Below are positions 51,817-63,388 of a stretch of DNA of 64,000 nucleotides, piece by piece. The position numbers and the translations under genes were made by a program. The stretch lies in contig JALSKD010000177.1 in NCBI GenBank assembly GCA_026989015.1, positions 401-64,400 of the forward strand. Direction: 5' to 3'. The number at the start of each line of letters is the position of its first letter. Position 1 is the stretch's first letter. This DNA comes from Gammaproteobacteria bacterium. GTDB taxonomy: Bacteria > Pseudomonadota > Gammaproteobacteria > GCA-001735895. The notes under the pieces are model-generated. The model ran no database searches, was not told the origin of the DNA, and saw only the letters and a list, made by a program, of their open reading frames with translations.

Positions 51817-53470
51817 GCCCGGCCCTCGCCTGGGAGATGCTGCGGCTCAGATAGACCACCGGCAGCAGGCCAACGGCGACGATCGCCAGCGCCGCGCTGC
51901 TCGAATCCGCCAGTCGCTCGTCGGAAGCCAGTTCGAAGGCACGCACCGCCAGTGTATTGAAATCGAAGGGGCGCAGGATCAGCGTGGCCGGCAATTCCTT
52001 CATCACATCGACGAACACGATCAGCAGCGCCGTCAGCAGGGACCCCTTCATCAGCGGCATGTGCACGCGCTGCAGACTGGCACGCGGACGGTACCCCAGT
52101 GAGCGGGCGGCATCGTCCATCGAGGGCCGGATCTTGTCCAGTCCGGCCTCCACCGTCTGCAGGCTGACCGCCAGGAAGCGCACCATATAGGCGAAGATCA
52201 GCGCAAACAGGCTGCCGCTGAGCAACAGACCGCTGGACAGGCCCAGATGTGCGCGCAACCAGGCGTCCAGTGCGTTGTCGAAGGCCGCCAGCGGGATCAT
52301 CACCCCGACGGCGATGACCGCCCCCGGCACCGCATAGCCCAGGGTGGCCACCCGTGAGGCTATGCGCAGGCCGCGGGTCGGCATCAACCGCTTGCCGTAA
52401 CCCAGCAGCAGCGCAAGCACCAGGGCCAGCAGCGCGGCCACGGCGCCCAGCATCAGCGTGTTCAGAACCAGCCGGCGAAACTCCGCGTCGAGGGGCTCCA
52501 GTCCCCCAAGCCAGGCCCAGTACCCCAGCTGCAGTGCCGGCAGCAGAAACCCCAGCACGACCGGCAGCAGGCACAGCGCAAAGGCCAGCCAACGCAACCC
52601 GCCCCTGAGCCGGTATTCCGGAAGCCGGGAATAACGCCCGGTGGTGTGGTGATAGCGGGACTGCCGCCGCGAGGCCCGTTCCAGCAGCATCAGCAGGAAC
52701 ACCAACAACAGCAACAAGGCCGACAGCCGCGCCGCGGCGACACTGTCGCCCATGCCAAACCAGGTCCGGAAGATGCCGGTGGTGAACACCGGCAGACCGA
52801 AATAGGCCACGGTGCCGTAATCCGCCAGCGTCTCCATCAGCGCCAGTGACAACCCGGCGACGATTGCCGGGCGCGCCAGCGGCAGTGCCACACGGAAGAA
52901 ACTGCAGAACGGGCCACAGCCCAGGGTGCGGCTCACTTCGAGGACGCACACCGACTGTTCGAGAAAGGCGGCCCGACCGAGCAGATAGACATAGGGATAG
53001 AGCACCAGCGTCAGCATCGCAATGGCACCCCCAAGCGACCGGATCTCCGGAAACCGGTAGTCGCCATATCCCCAGCCCGTCTGCTCCCGCAGCAGGGTCT
53101 GGACCGGACCGGCAAAATCGAGCATGCCGGTCCAGGTATAGGCGATGATGTAGGCCGGCATTGCCAGCGGCAGCAGAAGTGCCCAGCTGAAAAAGGCCTT
53201 GCCCGGGAAACGGCACATGGCCGTTAGCCAAGCCGTGGACACCCCCACCAGCAGAACGCCGATGCCCACCCCCAGTACCAGCCAGGCCGAATTGGCCAGG
53301 TACTCCGGCAGCACCGTCTGCTTCAGATGCAGCCAGTTCTCCCCCGCCGGCTGCAGCAGAAACCCGGTGACGGTCAGCACCGGCAGGCTCAGCACCAAAG
53401 CCAACAGGATCAGGCCTGGGCGCCAGAGCCGGGTCAATCCGGACATCTGGCTGCTGCACTGCGGGTTCAT
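51809..53470 (-). CDS. fbpB: Fe3+ ABC transporter permease
   Basis: Duplicated permease; LPLAMPAYI, METLADYG, DVMKELPATLILRPF; start may be 53446. Confidence 0.9.
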   Translation of the reverse strand: MNPQCSSQMSGLTRLWRPGLILLALVLSLPVLTVTGFLLQPAGENWLHLKQTVLPEYLANSAWLVLGVGIGVLLVGVSTAWLTAMCRFPGKAFFSWALLLPLAMPAYIIAYTWTGMLDFAGPVQTLLREQTGWGYGDYRFPEIRSLGGAIAMLTLVLYPYVYLLGRAAFLEQSVCVLEVSRTLGCGPFCSFFRVALPLARPAIVAGLSLALMETLADYGTVAYFGLPVFTTGIFRTWFGMGDSVAAARLSALLLLLVFLLMLLERASRRQSRYHHTTGRYSRLPEYRLRGGLRWLAFALCLLPVVLGFLLPALQLGYWAWLGGLEPLDAEFRRLVLNTLMLGAVAALLALVLALLLGYGKRLMPTRGLRIASRVATLGYAVPGAVIAVGVMIPLAAFDNALDAWLRAHLGLSSGLLLSGSLFALIFAYMVRFLAVSLQTVEAGLDKIRPSMDDAARSLGYRPRASLQRVHMPLMKGSLLTALLIVFVDVMKELPATLILRPFDFNTLAVRAFELASDERLADSSSAALAIVAVGLLPVVYLSRSISQARAGHE

Positions 53471-53494
53471 CGCCTCCGACCGCCTGGCAGCGCG

Positions 53495-54508
53495 TCAGCG
53501 CCAACCGGCCCGATCCATGATGCGCACCGCCTCGGGATTGAGCTCACCCAGACGGTCGAGGTTGACCCGATCCGCCTTGAATTCACCCCAGCTTCTCACC
53601 CGCTCGCTGACCGGCACGCCCTCGACCACCGGGTATTCGTAGTTGACTTCGGCATACCACTGCTGAGCCTCCGGGCTGACCAGAAATTCCAGCAGGCGGA
53701 TCGCGGCATCACGGTTTTTCGCATGGCGCGTGACCCCGGCTCCACTGACATTCACATGCGTGCCCCGATCCTGCTGATTGGGCCACAGCAAGCCCATCTT
53801 GCGCGCTGCTTCCCGCTGCGCCGGATTCTTGCGGCTGGTCAGCATCTTGCCGTAGTAATAGGTATTGGCCACCGCCAGATCACAGACACCGGCCGCCGCG
53901 GCCATGATCTGGTCACGATCACCGCCGCGCGGCGGGCGAGCCATGTTGCGCACCAGACCCCGGACCCATTCCTCGGTGGCCTGCTCGCCATTGGCCAGGA
54001 TCATCGAAGCCACCAGCGACTGGTTGTAGATGTTGCCGGAACCGCGGATGCAGATACGCCCCTTCCATTTCGGGTCGGCCAGGTCCTCGTAGCGGGCCAG
54101 TTCGGACGGCTGTACCCGCTCCCGGTTGTAGAAAATGACGCGCGCCCGCTGCGACAGTCCGTACCACTGGCCGCCGGGATCGCGCAGCTGGGCCGGGACC
54201 GCGGCCTTGAGCGTCTCGCTCTCCACTGGCTGCAAAACTCCCGCCTTCTTGGCCCGGTGCAGGCGCCCCGCATCGACCGTGATGAACAGGTCCGCGGGGG
54301 TATTGCGCCCCTCGTTCTGCAGGCGCACCAGCAACTTGTCGGCCTTGGCGGTGACCAGCCGTGTCTTGATGCCCGTCTGTTCGCTGAACCGCTCCAGCAA
54401 GGGCTTGATCAATGCTTCCTTGCGGCCGGAATAGACATTGACCTCCGCCGACTGGACGGGCGTGGCCAGATTGATCAGCGGCAATAACAGCAACAGCTTC
54501 TTGAACAT
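53495..54508 (-). CDS. fbpA: Fe3+ ABC substrate-binding protein (FbpA/FutA)
   Basis: VNVYSGR, EGRNTPAD, YNQSL, ANTYYY Tyr ligands, NYEYPV. Confidence 0.92.
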   Translation of the reverse strand: MFKKLLLLLPLINLATPVQSAEVNVYSGRKEALIKPLLERFSEQTGIKTRLVTAKADKLLVRLQNEGRNTPADLFITVDAGRLHRAKKAGVLQPVESETLKAAVPAQLRDPGGQWYGLSQRARVIFYNRERVQPSELARYEDLADPKWKGRICIRGSGNIYNQSLVASMILANGEQATEEWVRGLVRNMARPPRGGDRDQIMAAAAGVCDLAVANTYYYGKMLTSRKNPAQREAARKMGLLWPNQQDRGTHVNVSGAGVTRHAKNRDAAIRLLEFLVSPEAQQWYAEVNYEYPVVEGVPVSERVRSWGEFKADRVNLDRLGELNPEAVRIMDRAGWR

Positions 54509-54579
54509 GATTTGACCTCCGGTATAGCTCGGGTTAAACAGGGATGGCGCGTATCCTAATCAAGCTCGATTTCAATGTA

Positions 54580-54600
54580 AACAATAATTATTCTCATTTG
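54580..54600 (-). promoter_or_regulatory. Fur box upstream of fbpA
   Basis: Minus strand AATGAGAATAATTATTG matches the Fur consensus AATGATAATCATTATC; AT-rich patch in a GC-rich background. Confidence 0.8.
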
Positions 54601-54601
54601 C

Positions 54602-57436
54602 ATGACAAATCCACTCCCCCTGCCTCAATTCAACCGGCTGATCGCCCCGGACGCCTTTCTGTGGGAACGCCTGAATGATCTGCTCGAAGCACACTCCATC
54701 GTGCTCGACGACACGGCTTCCCAACGGCTGAGAAGGCTGGCCACCGCCAGCGGTTATGCACTTCAGCAACTGACGCGGTATCCACAGTGGGTGAGCGCAC
54801 TCATCCCCGGCACGGCCTTTACACTGGACCCGGAACAGCTGGCTGCCCGGTTTGCCGTCATCGAGGATACGGATACGCTGAAACAGGCCCTGCGCGAGGC
54901 ACGACACAGGCATCTTCTTGAAATCATCTGCCTCGATGTGTGCGACGGTCAGGATGTGGATACCAGCCTGCGGCAACTGAGCGCGCTGGCCGACTGCCTG
55001 ATCCGTCTGGCTTTGGAGCGCATCGAGGCGCTGCTGGCGAAACGCCACGGCCAGCCGAGGGATCAGAAGGGCGAGCCACTGACCCTGAATGTCATCGGCA
55101 TGGGCAAACTGGGCGGTAGGGAGCTCAATTTCAGCTCCGACATCGATCTCATCTGTCTGTACCGCGAGGATGGCGAACTGTCCGGTTTCGGCAAGCTCAG
55201 TCACCAGCAGTTCTTCACCCAGGTCACCCGCCAGCTCGTGCAATGCCTCAACGACAGCACTGAAGACGGCTTCGTCTACCGGGTGGACCTGCGTCTTCGA
55301 CCCTGGGGAGATGCGGGGCCAGTGGCGATGAGCCATGCCGCCTTCGAGCATTATTATCAACTGCATGGGCGTGACTGGGAACAATACGCCATGGTCAAGG
55401 CGCGGGTCATCACCGGCAGCGATGCGGACCGCGAAGCCATAGAAGGCATCATCCGGCCATTCGTTTACCGCCGTTACCATGACTACCGCGTGTTCGACGG
55501 CCTGGCGCGCCTGAAGAACCGCATCGACAGCGAAGCCCGACGCAAGGGCGCCCTCGACAACATCAAGATCGGCAAGGGCGGCATACGCGAAATCGAGTTT
55601 TTCGTGCAGGCCTTCCAGATCCTCAGGGGCGGACGCAACCACCGGCTGCAGACCCGCAGCCTGCTGCGTGCACTTGAGGTCCTGGAAGACGAATCCGTCA
55701 TCCCCGCACAGACCGCCCGCGAGCTGCGCGACGCCTACCGCTTTCTGCGCCTGCTGGAAAACCGCATCCAGATGCAACAGGACCAGCAGACCCATGTCCT
55801 GCCCGCCGACGCCATCACGCGCGCACGCATCGCCGCCCTGCTCGATGACGGAGAATGGGAACGGCTGATGAGCGAGCTCGATCACCACCGGAAACGGGTC
55901 AGCCATCACTTCGACCGCCTGTTCCGCGAGGCCGGATCGCCGGATGAACAGCCGGTGCAGGCGCTGGACGAGCTGGATGACAACGCGCTGCAGGCATGCC
56001 TGGAAACAATCGGCTACCCCGAACCGGCGGCAGTCAGCGAACAGCTGCGGGCCTTCTTCCGATCCCGCCCCCTGCTCTATCTCTCGCAACAGGCCAAACA
56101 ACGCCTGCAAGCCATCCTGCCGCTGCTGCTGGAACAGGCCGCGCGGCATGACGACAGCACGCAACTGGTGGAGCGGTTGCTGCAACTTCTCAATGCCATC
56201 GCCGGACGCAGCGCCTATTACGAACTGCTCTACCAAAACCGGCCGCTGCTGGAAAAACTGGTCGATACCTTCGCCTCCAGTGCCTGGATTGCCGATCAGG
56301 TCACCCGCTACCCGATGCTGCTGGAGACCCTGCTCTGGCCCGGCGACCCGCAAGAGCGTTTCAACCGCCAGATGCTAGCGGACAGCCTCGACCGCCAACT
56401 GACCAATGTCGCCGGTGATATCGAACTGGAGCTGGATGTGCTGCGCCAGTTCAAGCGGGCCCAGACCCTGGTGATCGCCGTCGCCGAACTGGCCGGGGAA
56501 CTGGATGCCCTGCAGGCCGCGGAACATCTCAGCACCCTCGCCGAGCTGCTGCTTCAGACCGTCCACGATCGCGCGCTGGAAGAATTGCGCCAGCAGCATG
56601 GCCGGCCCCTGTACCGCAGCGACGGGAAAACCCGTGAAGCCCGCCTCGGTATCATCGGCTATGGCAAGCTGGGCGGGCGCGAACTGCATTACCGCTCCGA
56701 CCTCGACATCATCTTCCTGCACGACTCCGGCACAGAAGCGGCCATGACCGATGGCCAGCGGCCCATCGACAACGGCCAGTTCTTCGCCCGCCTGGCACAG
56801 AAAATCATCTCCCGCATCACCCTGCTCACCGCCGCCGGCAAGCTCTACGAGATCGACACCCGACTGCGCCCCGACGGCGCCTCGGGCATGCTGGTCTCAT
56901 CGCTGTCGGCCTTCCGCGACTACCAGTGCCACAAGGCCTGGACCTGGGAACACCAGGCGCTGGTGCGCGCCCGTCATGTTGCCGGAGATCCGGCCATTGC
57001 CGAACCCTTCGAGGCCATTCGCCGGGAGGTGCTCACCCTGCCCCGCGATGCCGGAACACTGAAGCACGACATCCTCGAGATGCGCGAGCGGATGTACCGC
57101 GCCAAGCGCCCCCCCGAAGGCGAAACCGTCAACCTCAAGCACTCGCGCGGCGGGCTGGTGGACATCGAATTCCTGGTGCAGTACCGGGTGCTGGCCGGGG
57201 CAAATAAATTTGCCAGCCTGATCCAAAGAACCGATAATGCGGGGCTGTTGAGCGCGCTGCACGAAGTCGGTTTGATCGACGACGATTGCGTGCATTTGCG
57301 CGATATCTATCGCATTTTCCATCAGTGGTTACACGCCCGGGTGCTGCAGAACCGCAGCGCCGACATCGAGGCGGCCCCGCTACGCAAGGAGCTGGAACGG
57401 GTCCGCGCCTGCTGGCATCGATGGCTGGAGTCGTAG
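54602..57436 (+). CDS. glnE: Glutamine synthetase adenylyltransferase / adenylyl-removing enzyme
   Basis: Two nucleotidyltransferase domains (GMGKLGGRELNFSSDIDL; GYGKLGGRELHYRSDLD), RVDLRLRP, EIDTRLRP. Confidence 0.96.
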   Translation: MTNPLPLPQFNRLIAPDAFLWERLNDLLEAHSIVLDDTASQRLRRLATASGYALQQLTRYPQWVSALIPGTAFTLDPEQLAARFAVIEDTDTLKQALREARHRHLLEIICLDVCDGQDVDTSLRQLSALADCLIRLALERIEALLAKRHGQPRDQKGEPLTLNVIGMGKLGGRELNFSSDIDLICLYREDGELSGFGKLSHQQFFTQVTRQLVQCLNDSTEDGFVYRVDLRLRPWGDAGPVAMSHAAFEHYYQLHGRDWEQYAMVKARVITGSDADREAIEGIIRPFVYRRYHDYRVFDGLARLKNRIDSEARRKGALDNIKIGKGGIREIEFFVQAFQILRGGRNHRLQTRSLLRALEVLEDESVIPAQTARELRDAYRFLRLLENRIQMQQDQQTHVLPADAITRARIAALLDDGEWERLMSELDHHRKRVSHHFDRLFREAGSPDEQPVQALDELDDNALQACLETIGYPEPAAVSEQLRAFFRSRPLLYLSQQAKQRLQAILPLLLEQAARHDDSTQLVERLLQLLNAIAGRSAYYELLYQNRPLLEKLVDTFASSAWIADQVTRYPMLLETLLWPGDPQERFNRQMLADSLDRQLTNVAGDIELELDVLRQFKRAQTLVIAVAELAGELDALQAAEHLSTLAELLLQTVHDRALEELRQQHGRPLYRSDGKTREARLGIIGYGKLGGRELHYRSDLDIIFLHDSGTEAAMTDGQRPIDNGQFFARLAQKIISRITLLTAAGKLYEIDTRLRPDGASGMLVSSLSAFRDYQCHKAWTWEHQALVRARHVAGDPAIAEPFEAIRREVLTLPRDAGTLKHDILEMRERMYRAKRPPEGETVNLKHSRGGLVDIEFLVQYRVLAGANKFASLIQRTDNAGLLSALHEVGLIDDDCVHLRDIYRIFHQWLHARVLQNRSADIEAAPLRKELERVRACWHRWLES

Positions 57437-57464
57437 CCCGTACAGAAGAAGTCGAGTAGCAATC

Positions 57465-58388
57465 ATGTCGATGTCGGATCGAGACGGTGTCATCTGGTTT
57501 GATGGCGAACTGGTGCCCTGGCGCGAAGCCAAGGTCCATGTACTGACCCATACCCTGCACTACGGCATGGGCGCCTTCGAGGGCGTGCGCGCCTACCACG
57601 CCGATCAGGGCACCGCGATCTTCGCCCTCGATGCCCACACCCGCCGCCTGATCGATTCCTGCAAGATCCTCGGCATGAAACTGCCGTTCAGCCATGCCGA
57701 ACTCAACCAGGCTCAGATAGACTCGGTGCGTGAAAACCGGCTCGACAGCGCCTACATCCGCCCAATGGTGTTCTACGGCTCCGAGGGCATGGGCCTGCGC
57801 GCCGACAACCTCAGCGTGCATGTCATCGTCGCCGCCTGGGAATGGGGCGCCTACCTCGGCGCCGAGGGCATGGAGAAAGGCATCCGCATCAAGACCTCAT
57901 CCTACACCCGCCATCACGTCAACATCGCGATGACCAAGGCCAAGGCCAACGGCCAGTACATCAACTCGATGCTGGCACTGCAATCGGCCATCGAGGACGG
58001 CTATGACGAGGCCCTGCTGCTGGATCCTGAAGGCTATGTGGCCGAGGGCAGCGGCGAGAACATCTTCGTCATCCGCGACGGCGTCATCTACACCCCCGAG
58101 GTGACCTCGGCGCTCAACGGCATCACCCGCAAAACACTGTTCATGCTGGCGCGCGAGGAGCTGGGTCTGGAAATCGTCGAAAAACGCATCACCCGCGACG
58201 AGATCTACATCGCCGACGAAGCCTTTTTCACCGGCACCGCGGCCGAGGTCACGCCGATCCGCGAACTGGACAACCGTCCGATCGGCAGCGGCAGCCGCGG
58301 CCCGATCACCGAGCGGCTGCAGACGGCCTATTTCGACCTGGTACACGGCCGCAACGCGAAGCACCTCGACATGCTGACCTTCGTCTGA
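57465..58388 (+). CDS. ilvE: Branched-chain amino acid aminotransferase
   Basis: LHYGMGAFEGVRAY, KANGQYINS, EGSGENIF, GTAAEVTPI. Confidence 0.96.
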   Translation: MSMSDRDGVIWFDGELVPWREAKVHVLTHTLHYGMGAFEGVRAYHADQGTAIFALDAHTRRLIDSCKILGMKLPFSHAELNQAQIDSVRENRLDSAYIRPMVFYGSEGMGLRADNLSVHVIVAAWEWGAYLGAEGMEKGIRIKTSSYTRHHVNIAMTKAKANGQYINSMLALQSAIEDGYDEALLLDPEGYVAEGSGENIFVIRDGVIYTPEVTSALNGITRKTLFMLAREELGLEIVEKRITRDEIYIADEAFFTGTAAEVTPIRELDNRPIGSGSRGPITERLQTAYFDLVHGRNAKHLDMLTFV

Positions 58389-58401
58389 CCGGAGAACCCC
58401 G

Positions 58402-58635
58402 ATGACCAACCCCAACACCGCGCTGCACCCCGACCAGTACGCCACGCCCAATGCCAAGGCGGCCATCGAGGTGCGTCCAGAGGACCTGCCGGTGCATTGC
58501 CCAACCGAAGGCAGCGCCTTGTGGAATTCCCACCCCCAGGTCTATATCCCGGTGGTCGAAAACGGCGGCGAGGCGCGCTGCCCCTACTGCAGCGCCCTGT
58601 TCAAGCTAATCGGCGACCTGCCGCCCTCCTGCTGA
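58402..58635 (+). CDS. Small zinc-finger (zf-CHCC type) protein
   Basis: DLPVHCP..WNSHPQVY..CPYC. Confidence 0.88.
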   Translation: MTNPNTALHPDQYATPNAKAAIEVRPEDLPVHCPTEGSALWNSHPQVYIPVVENGGEARCPYCSALFKLIGDLPPSC

Positions 58636-58650
58636 AGCCGCCGCGGAGCG

Positions 58651-60012
58651 TCAGGCGTAGAACATGTCGCGGTAGAGTCCCTCGGCCCAGGCCAGCCCGG
58701 CCTGACCGGCGGTGGCGTTCCATTTCTCCATCAGGTGGACTCGGTCGAACTCGAAGGTTTTCTCGTTTTCATCGTAGCTGTAGAAGGCAATGATGCTCAT
58801 CGATTCCAGCGGGTCGATGCGCACGCCGGAGAAGCACATGGTCTGCGGGCTGCGCCAGGGAATTTCCTTGCCCTGGGCATGGGCAGCGATGACCTCGGCC
58901 ACATACCGCGCCTCGGAATGGGCGGTGTTTCCGCTCTTGGAGAAGGGCTGGGAGCGTGAGTCTCCAGTCACATAGACCCGCTCATCGTCGAGGAGATTGT
59001 ATTTGAACGGATCGATGGCGGCCTCGAACTGGGCGCTGGCCGGGTCGGCAAGGCCGAATTCCTCGATGATGCGGGCGGCGCGCACCGGCGGGTAGATCAC
59101 CGCATCGTCGAAGGCATAGCTGTCGAAATCGGTCTCCACGGCCTTGTTCTCGATGTCCACCGCGCTGATCTCGGCGCTGGGTTCATACTGGATGATGTCC
59201 CCGTAATACTGCTCGAACGCCTTCTTGAAGCCATCGGTCTTGATGCGGATGTCGGGGTTCATGTCGAGCAGCAACACCTTGCCCTGGATGCCGCGTTTCT
59301 TCATGATCGCCGCCGCCATGCAGGCCCGTTCATAGGGCGCGGCCATGCAGCGGTAGTTGCCGGCCGGTACCGTCAGCAGCAGAGTGCCGCCCCCGAAATC
59401 CTGCAACTTGTGCTTGATCGCCATGATCTCCGAAGCGCTGTTGAATCCGGCCGGATAGTGCATCCGTAGCCGGTACGCGTCGTCCGGGTCCTCGACGCCG
59501 ATGCGGCTGTAGTCGTAGTCGATGCCGGGAGCCAGTACCAGATAGTCGTAGGCGATCAGCCCGAGGGTGGTCGCCAGCATCCGACGGTCGCGGTCGAGAC
59601 CGATGGCGGTGGCGTTGAGGAACAGGTAGTCGTTGTTGCGCGCGGCATCGACATAGCTGTGGGTCAGAAACTCCAGATCGACCTGATCCGCCATCCAGAC
59701 ATTGCTGATCGGGCAGGACACGAACTGGTCCTTGCGGTCCAGCAGCAGTACATCGAAAGCCGGATTGAAGCGCTTGAGGTACTTGGCCAGGGTGAGGCCG
59801 GACCAGCCACCACCCACCACCACCACCCGCGGCCCCTTGGCCTTCGGCAGATCCGCCGGGCGGGACAGGTGACCGAGTATCGTGGGCTTAGCGGGTTGCT
59901 GTCGGGCTTCGGGAGCGGCAGCAGCCGGTGTCGCCGCGCCGCCGGCGGCCAGCGCGGCCGACGCCTGCAGAAAACGGCGGCGATCGAATCGGGGTGTATC
60001 CTTCTTGCTCAT
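58651..60012 (-). CDS. Tat-exported FccB/SoxF-like flavoprotein (sulfide dehydrogenase family)
   Basis: DRRRFLQ Tat signal, VVVVGGGWSG, FVSCPISN (FAD-linking Cys position), YRCMAAPYERA, KSGNTA, TMCFS. Confidence 0.82.
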   Translation of the reverse strand: MSKKDTPRFDRRRFLQASAALAAGGAATPAAAAPEARQQPAKPTILGHLSRPADLPKAKGPRVVVVGGGWSGLTLAKYLKRFNPAFDVLLLDRKDQFVSCPISNVWMADQVDLEFLTHSYVDAARNNDYLFLNATAIGLDRDRRMLATTLGLIAYDYLVLAPGIDYDYSRIGVEDPDDAYRLRMHYPAGFNSASEIMAIKHKLQDFGGGTLLLTVPAGNYRCMAAPYERACMAAAIMKKRGIQGKVLLLDMNPDIRIKTDGFKKAFEQYYGDIIQYEPSAEISAVDIENKAVETDFDSYAFDDAVIYPPVRAARIIEEFGLADPASAQFEAAIDPFKYNLLDDERVYVTGDSRSQPFSKSGNTAHSEARYVAEVIAAHAQGKEIPWRSPQTMCFSGVRIDPLESMSIIAFYSYDENEKTFEFDRVHLMEKWNATAGQAGLAWAEGLYRDMFYA

Positions 60013-60022
60013 GCGCCTGTCC

Positions 60023-60712
60023 TCAGTTGAAATCGGTGTTGCGCCAGTCCAGCGACGGAGCCAGCTTGTCTTTCGGCACCGGCAGCCAGGACACATAGTT
60101 GATGACCTTCTTCAACTGCTCCTCGTCAAGGCGCCCAAGAATCGCGGTCATCACCGGATTGACCTTGCGCAGGCCACTGCGGATCAGCCCGACCTGGCGG
60201 ATCAGGTAGGGGTAATGCTGGCCCCGAAGCATCGGAATCGCCGCCTCGTTGTTGCCCTCGCCGAGCTTGCCATGGCACTGCGCGCAATTGGCCTGGTAGA
60301 GTGTTTCGCCCTCGCGGTATTCCTCGCGGTGATCGCGCCACGGGCCCTTCTGGTGACGCGGATGCATCGGCAGGCGGGAGATGTAGGAGACCAGATCGAC
60401 CAGCGGTTGGTAGCCCTTGCCCAGCGTGCGCTCCTGGACGAAGGGGTACATCGCCGGGTTGTCGCGTTCACCGCTGCGGATGCGCATCAGCTGGTCGAAC
60501 AAGACCTGGCGGTGCTGACCGGCAATCTGCGGGTAGGCGCCGTCGGTGCTGCCCCAGCCTTCCGGCAGGTGGCAGGAGGCACAGATGGCGTACAGACGCT
60601 GTCCGTTGCGCAGATCCGGCTCCAGGGTCAGCTTGATGGTCATCGGGTCCGCCGCCGAGGCCAGCAACGGCAACACCGCCAGCGCCAGAGGCAGGAATCG
60701 GAAAGGCTTCAT
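60023..60712 (-). CDS. Diheme c-type cytochrome (c4/FccA-like)
   Basis: Signal peptide, CASCH and CAQCH, YPQIAGQH / PMLRGQH with downstream Met ligands; 10 bp upstream of the flavoprotein. Confidence 0.9.
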   Translation of the reverse strand: MKPFRFLPLALAVLPLLASAADPMTIKLTLEPDLRNGQRLYAICASCHLPEGWGSTDGAYPQIAGQHRQVLFDQLMRIRSGERDNPAMYPFVQERTLGKGYQPLVDLVSYISRLPMHPRHQKGPWRDHREEYREGETLYQANCAQCHGKLGEGNNEAAIPMLRGQHYPYLIRQVGLIRSGLRKVNPVMTAILGRLDEEQLKKVINYVSWLPVPKDKLAPSLDWRNTDFN

Positions 60713-61206
60713 GTGTTCATCCTTCAAAAGTTGGGGCATCGTCAACCGATACTAGAACATCCGGGCGGTCTTGCGCATAACATGGATCAATTCACCCTGT
60801 CCGGTGACTGACGCGCCCGGGCCGCGGTTTCTTCCCTGTTTCACCTCCATGTAGCGGTCACATGGACAAAAGGGGGGCATGAAATACACTCCACAGGTCA
60901 TGAAATGGCCCCGCGGCCGGACCTCCGGCAATACTTTTTCGACAGGCTTCCGTGTTTGCGGGCTCACCATCAGGAAAAAACCTCCAAACCCTGCCACAGA
61001 CCGGATTCTGCGGGCGGTTCAACACAGCCCTTGCGGGACCAGCGCCGATGCGGCCGCCGGTTCATGCAGCGAGAAGCCGGTGCCTGTGGTCATTGTTCCA
61101 CCAGGTTCCCGCTACCCGGCCAGAAAAGGCATAAAGCCCCCCCTCCCTGCCGGTGTGCCGATCATGGATGGTGCCACAGGAGCAGCTGCCCGTTGCATCC
61201 GGGCAC

Positions 61207-61238
61207 AAAAAAGCCCCGCATTCTTGCGAATGCGGGGC
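61207..61238 (-). terminator. groEL terminator
   Basis: GCCCCGCATTC-GCAA-GAATGCGGGGC-TTTTTT on the minus strand. Confidence 0.9.
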
Positions 61239-61259
61239 CGGAGCCTGGGCTGAGGCGGT

Positions 61260-62921
<1,662 letters not shown>

Positions 62922-62925
62922 TCAG

Positions 62926-63213
62926 TTACTCAACAACAGCCAGGATGTCGTCTTCACGCATGATCAGCAGGTCTTCCCCGTCCACCTTGACCTCGGTGCC
63001 GGAGTATTTGCCGAACAACACCTTGTCGCCGACCTTGACATCCAGCGGCAGGACATCGCCGGACTCGGTGATCTTGCCGTTGCCTGCGGCAACCACTTCA
63101 CCGGTGCTCGGCTTTTCGGCGGCCGAATCGGGAATGACGATACCACCCGGGGTGGTGCGCTCTTCTTCCATGCGCCTGACGACTACGCGGTCATGCAAGG
63201 GACGAATACTCAT
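62926..63213 (-). CDS. groS: Co-chaperonin GroES
   Basis: [27 protein letters not shown]. Confidence 0.99.
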   Translation of the reverse strand: MSIRPLHDRVVVRRMEEERTTPGGIVIPDSAAEKPSTGEVVAAGNGKITESGDVLPLDVKVGDKVLFGKYSGTEVKVDGEDLLIMREDDILAVVE

Positions 63214-63287
63214 GTTGATTAACTCTCCTGATTAGGGTTGATGATTGCCGGACCGGCCGCCACGACACGCGGCAACCGGCCTGATGT

Positions 63288-63314
63288 TTAGCACTCTGTG
63301 TTAGCGAGTGCCAA
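63288..63314. promoter_or_regulatory. CIRCE element (HrcA operator)
   Basis: TTAGCACTC-N9-GAGTGCCAA, one mismatch to TTAGCACTC-N9-GAGTGCTAA. Confidence 0.92.
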
Positions 63315-63341
63315 TCATAGTCAGCAGTGACACTTCGTCAA
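63314..63341 (-). promoter_or_regulatory. Sigma70-type groESL promoter
   Basis: TTGACG-N16-TATGAT on the minus strand, abutting CIRCE. Confidence 0.6.
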
Positions 63342-63344
63342 GCC

Positions 63345-63372
63345 ATATTGGGCGGCTCGACGGGATTTCAAG
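63345..63372 (-). promoter_or_regulatory. Sigma32 (RpoH) groESL promoter
   Basis: CTTGAAA-N13-CCCAATAT on the minus strand. Confidence 0.8.
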
Positions 63373-63388
63373 GGGTCGGGGCAAAAAA

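Noticed and set aside
61158-61178. Sigma54 promoter (TGGCAC-N5-ATGA, minus strand)
   Set aside because: The -12 GC is missing and the site is about 450 bp from the cytochrome start.
60750-61200. CsrB/RsmZ-like sRNA, or small ORFs 60752..60997, 60879..61253 and 60905..61537
   Set aside because: GGA motifs are few and not in regular stem-loops; the ORFs lack family motifs and two run across the groEL terminator.
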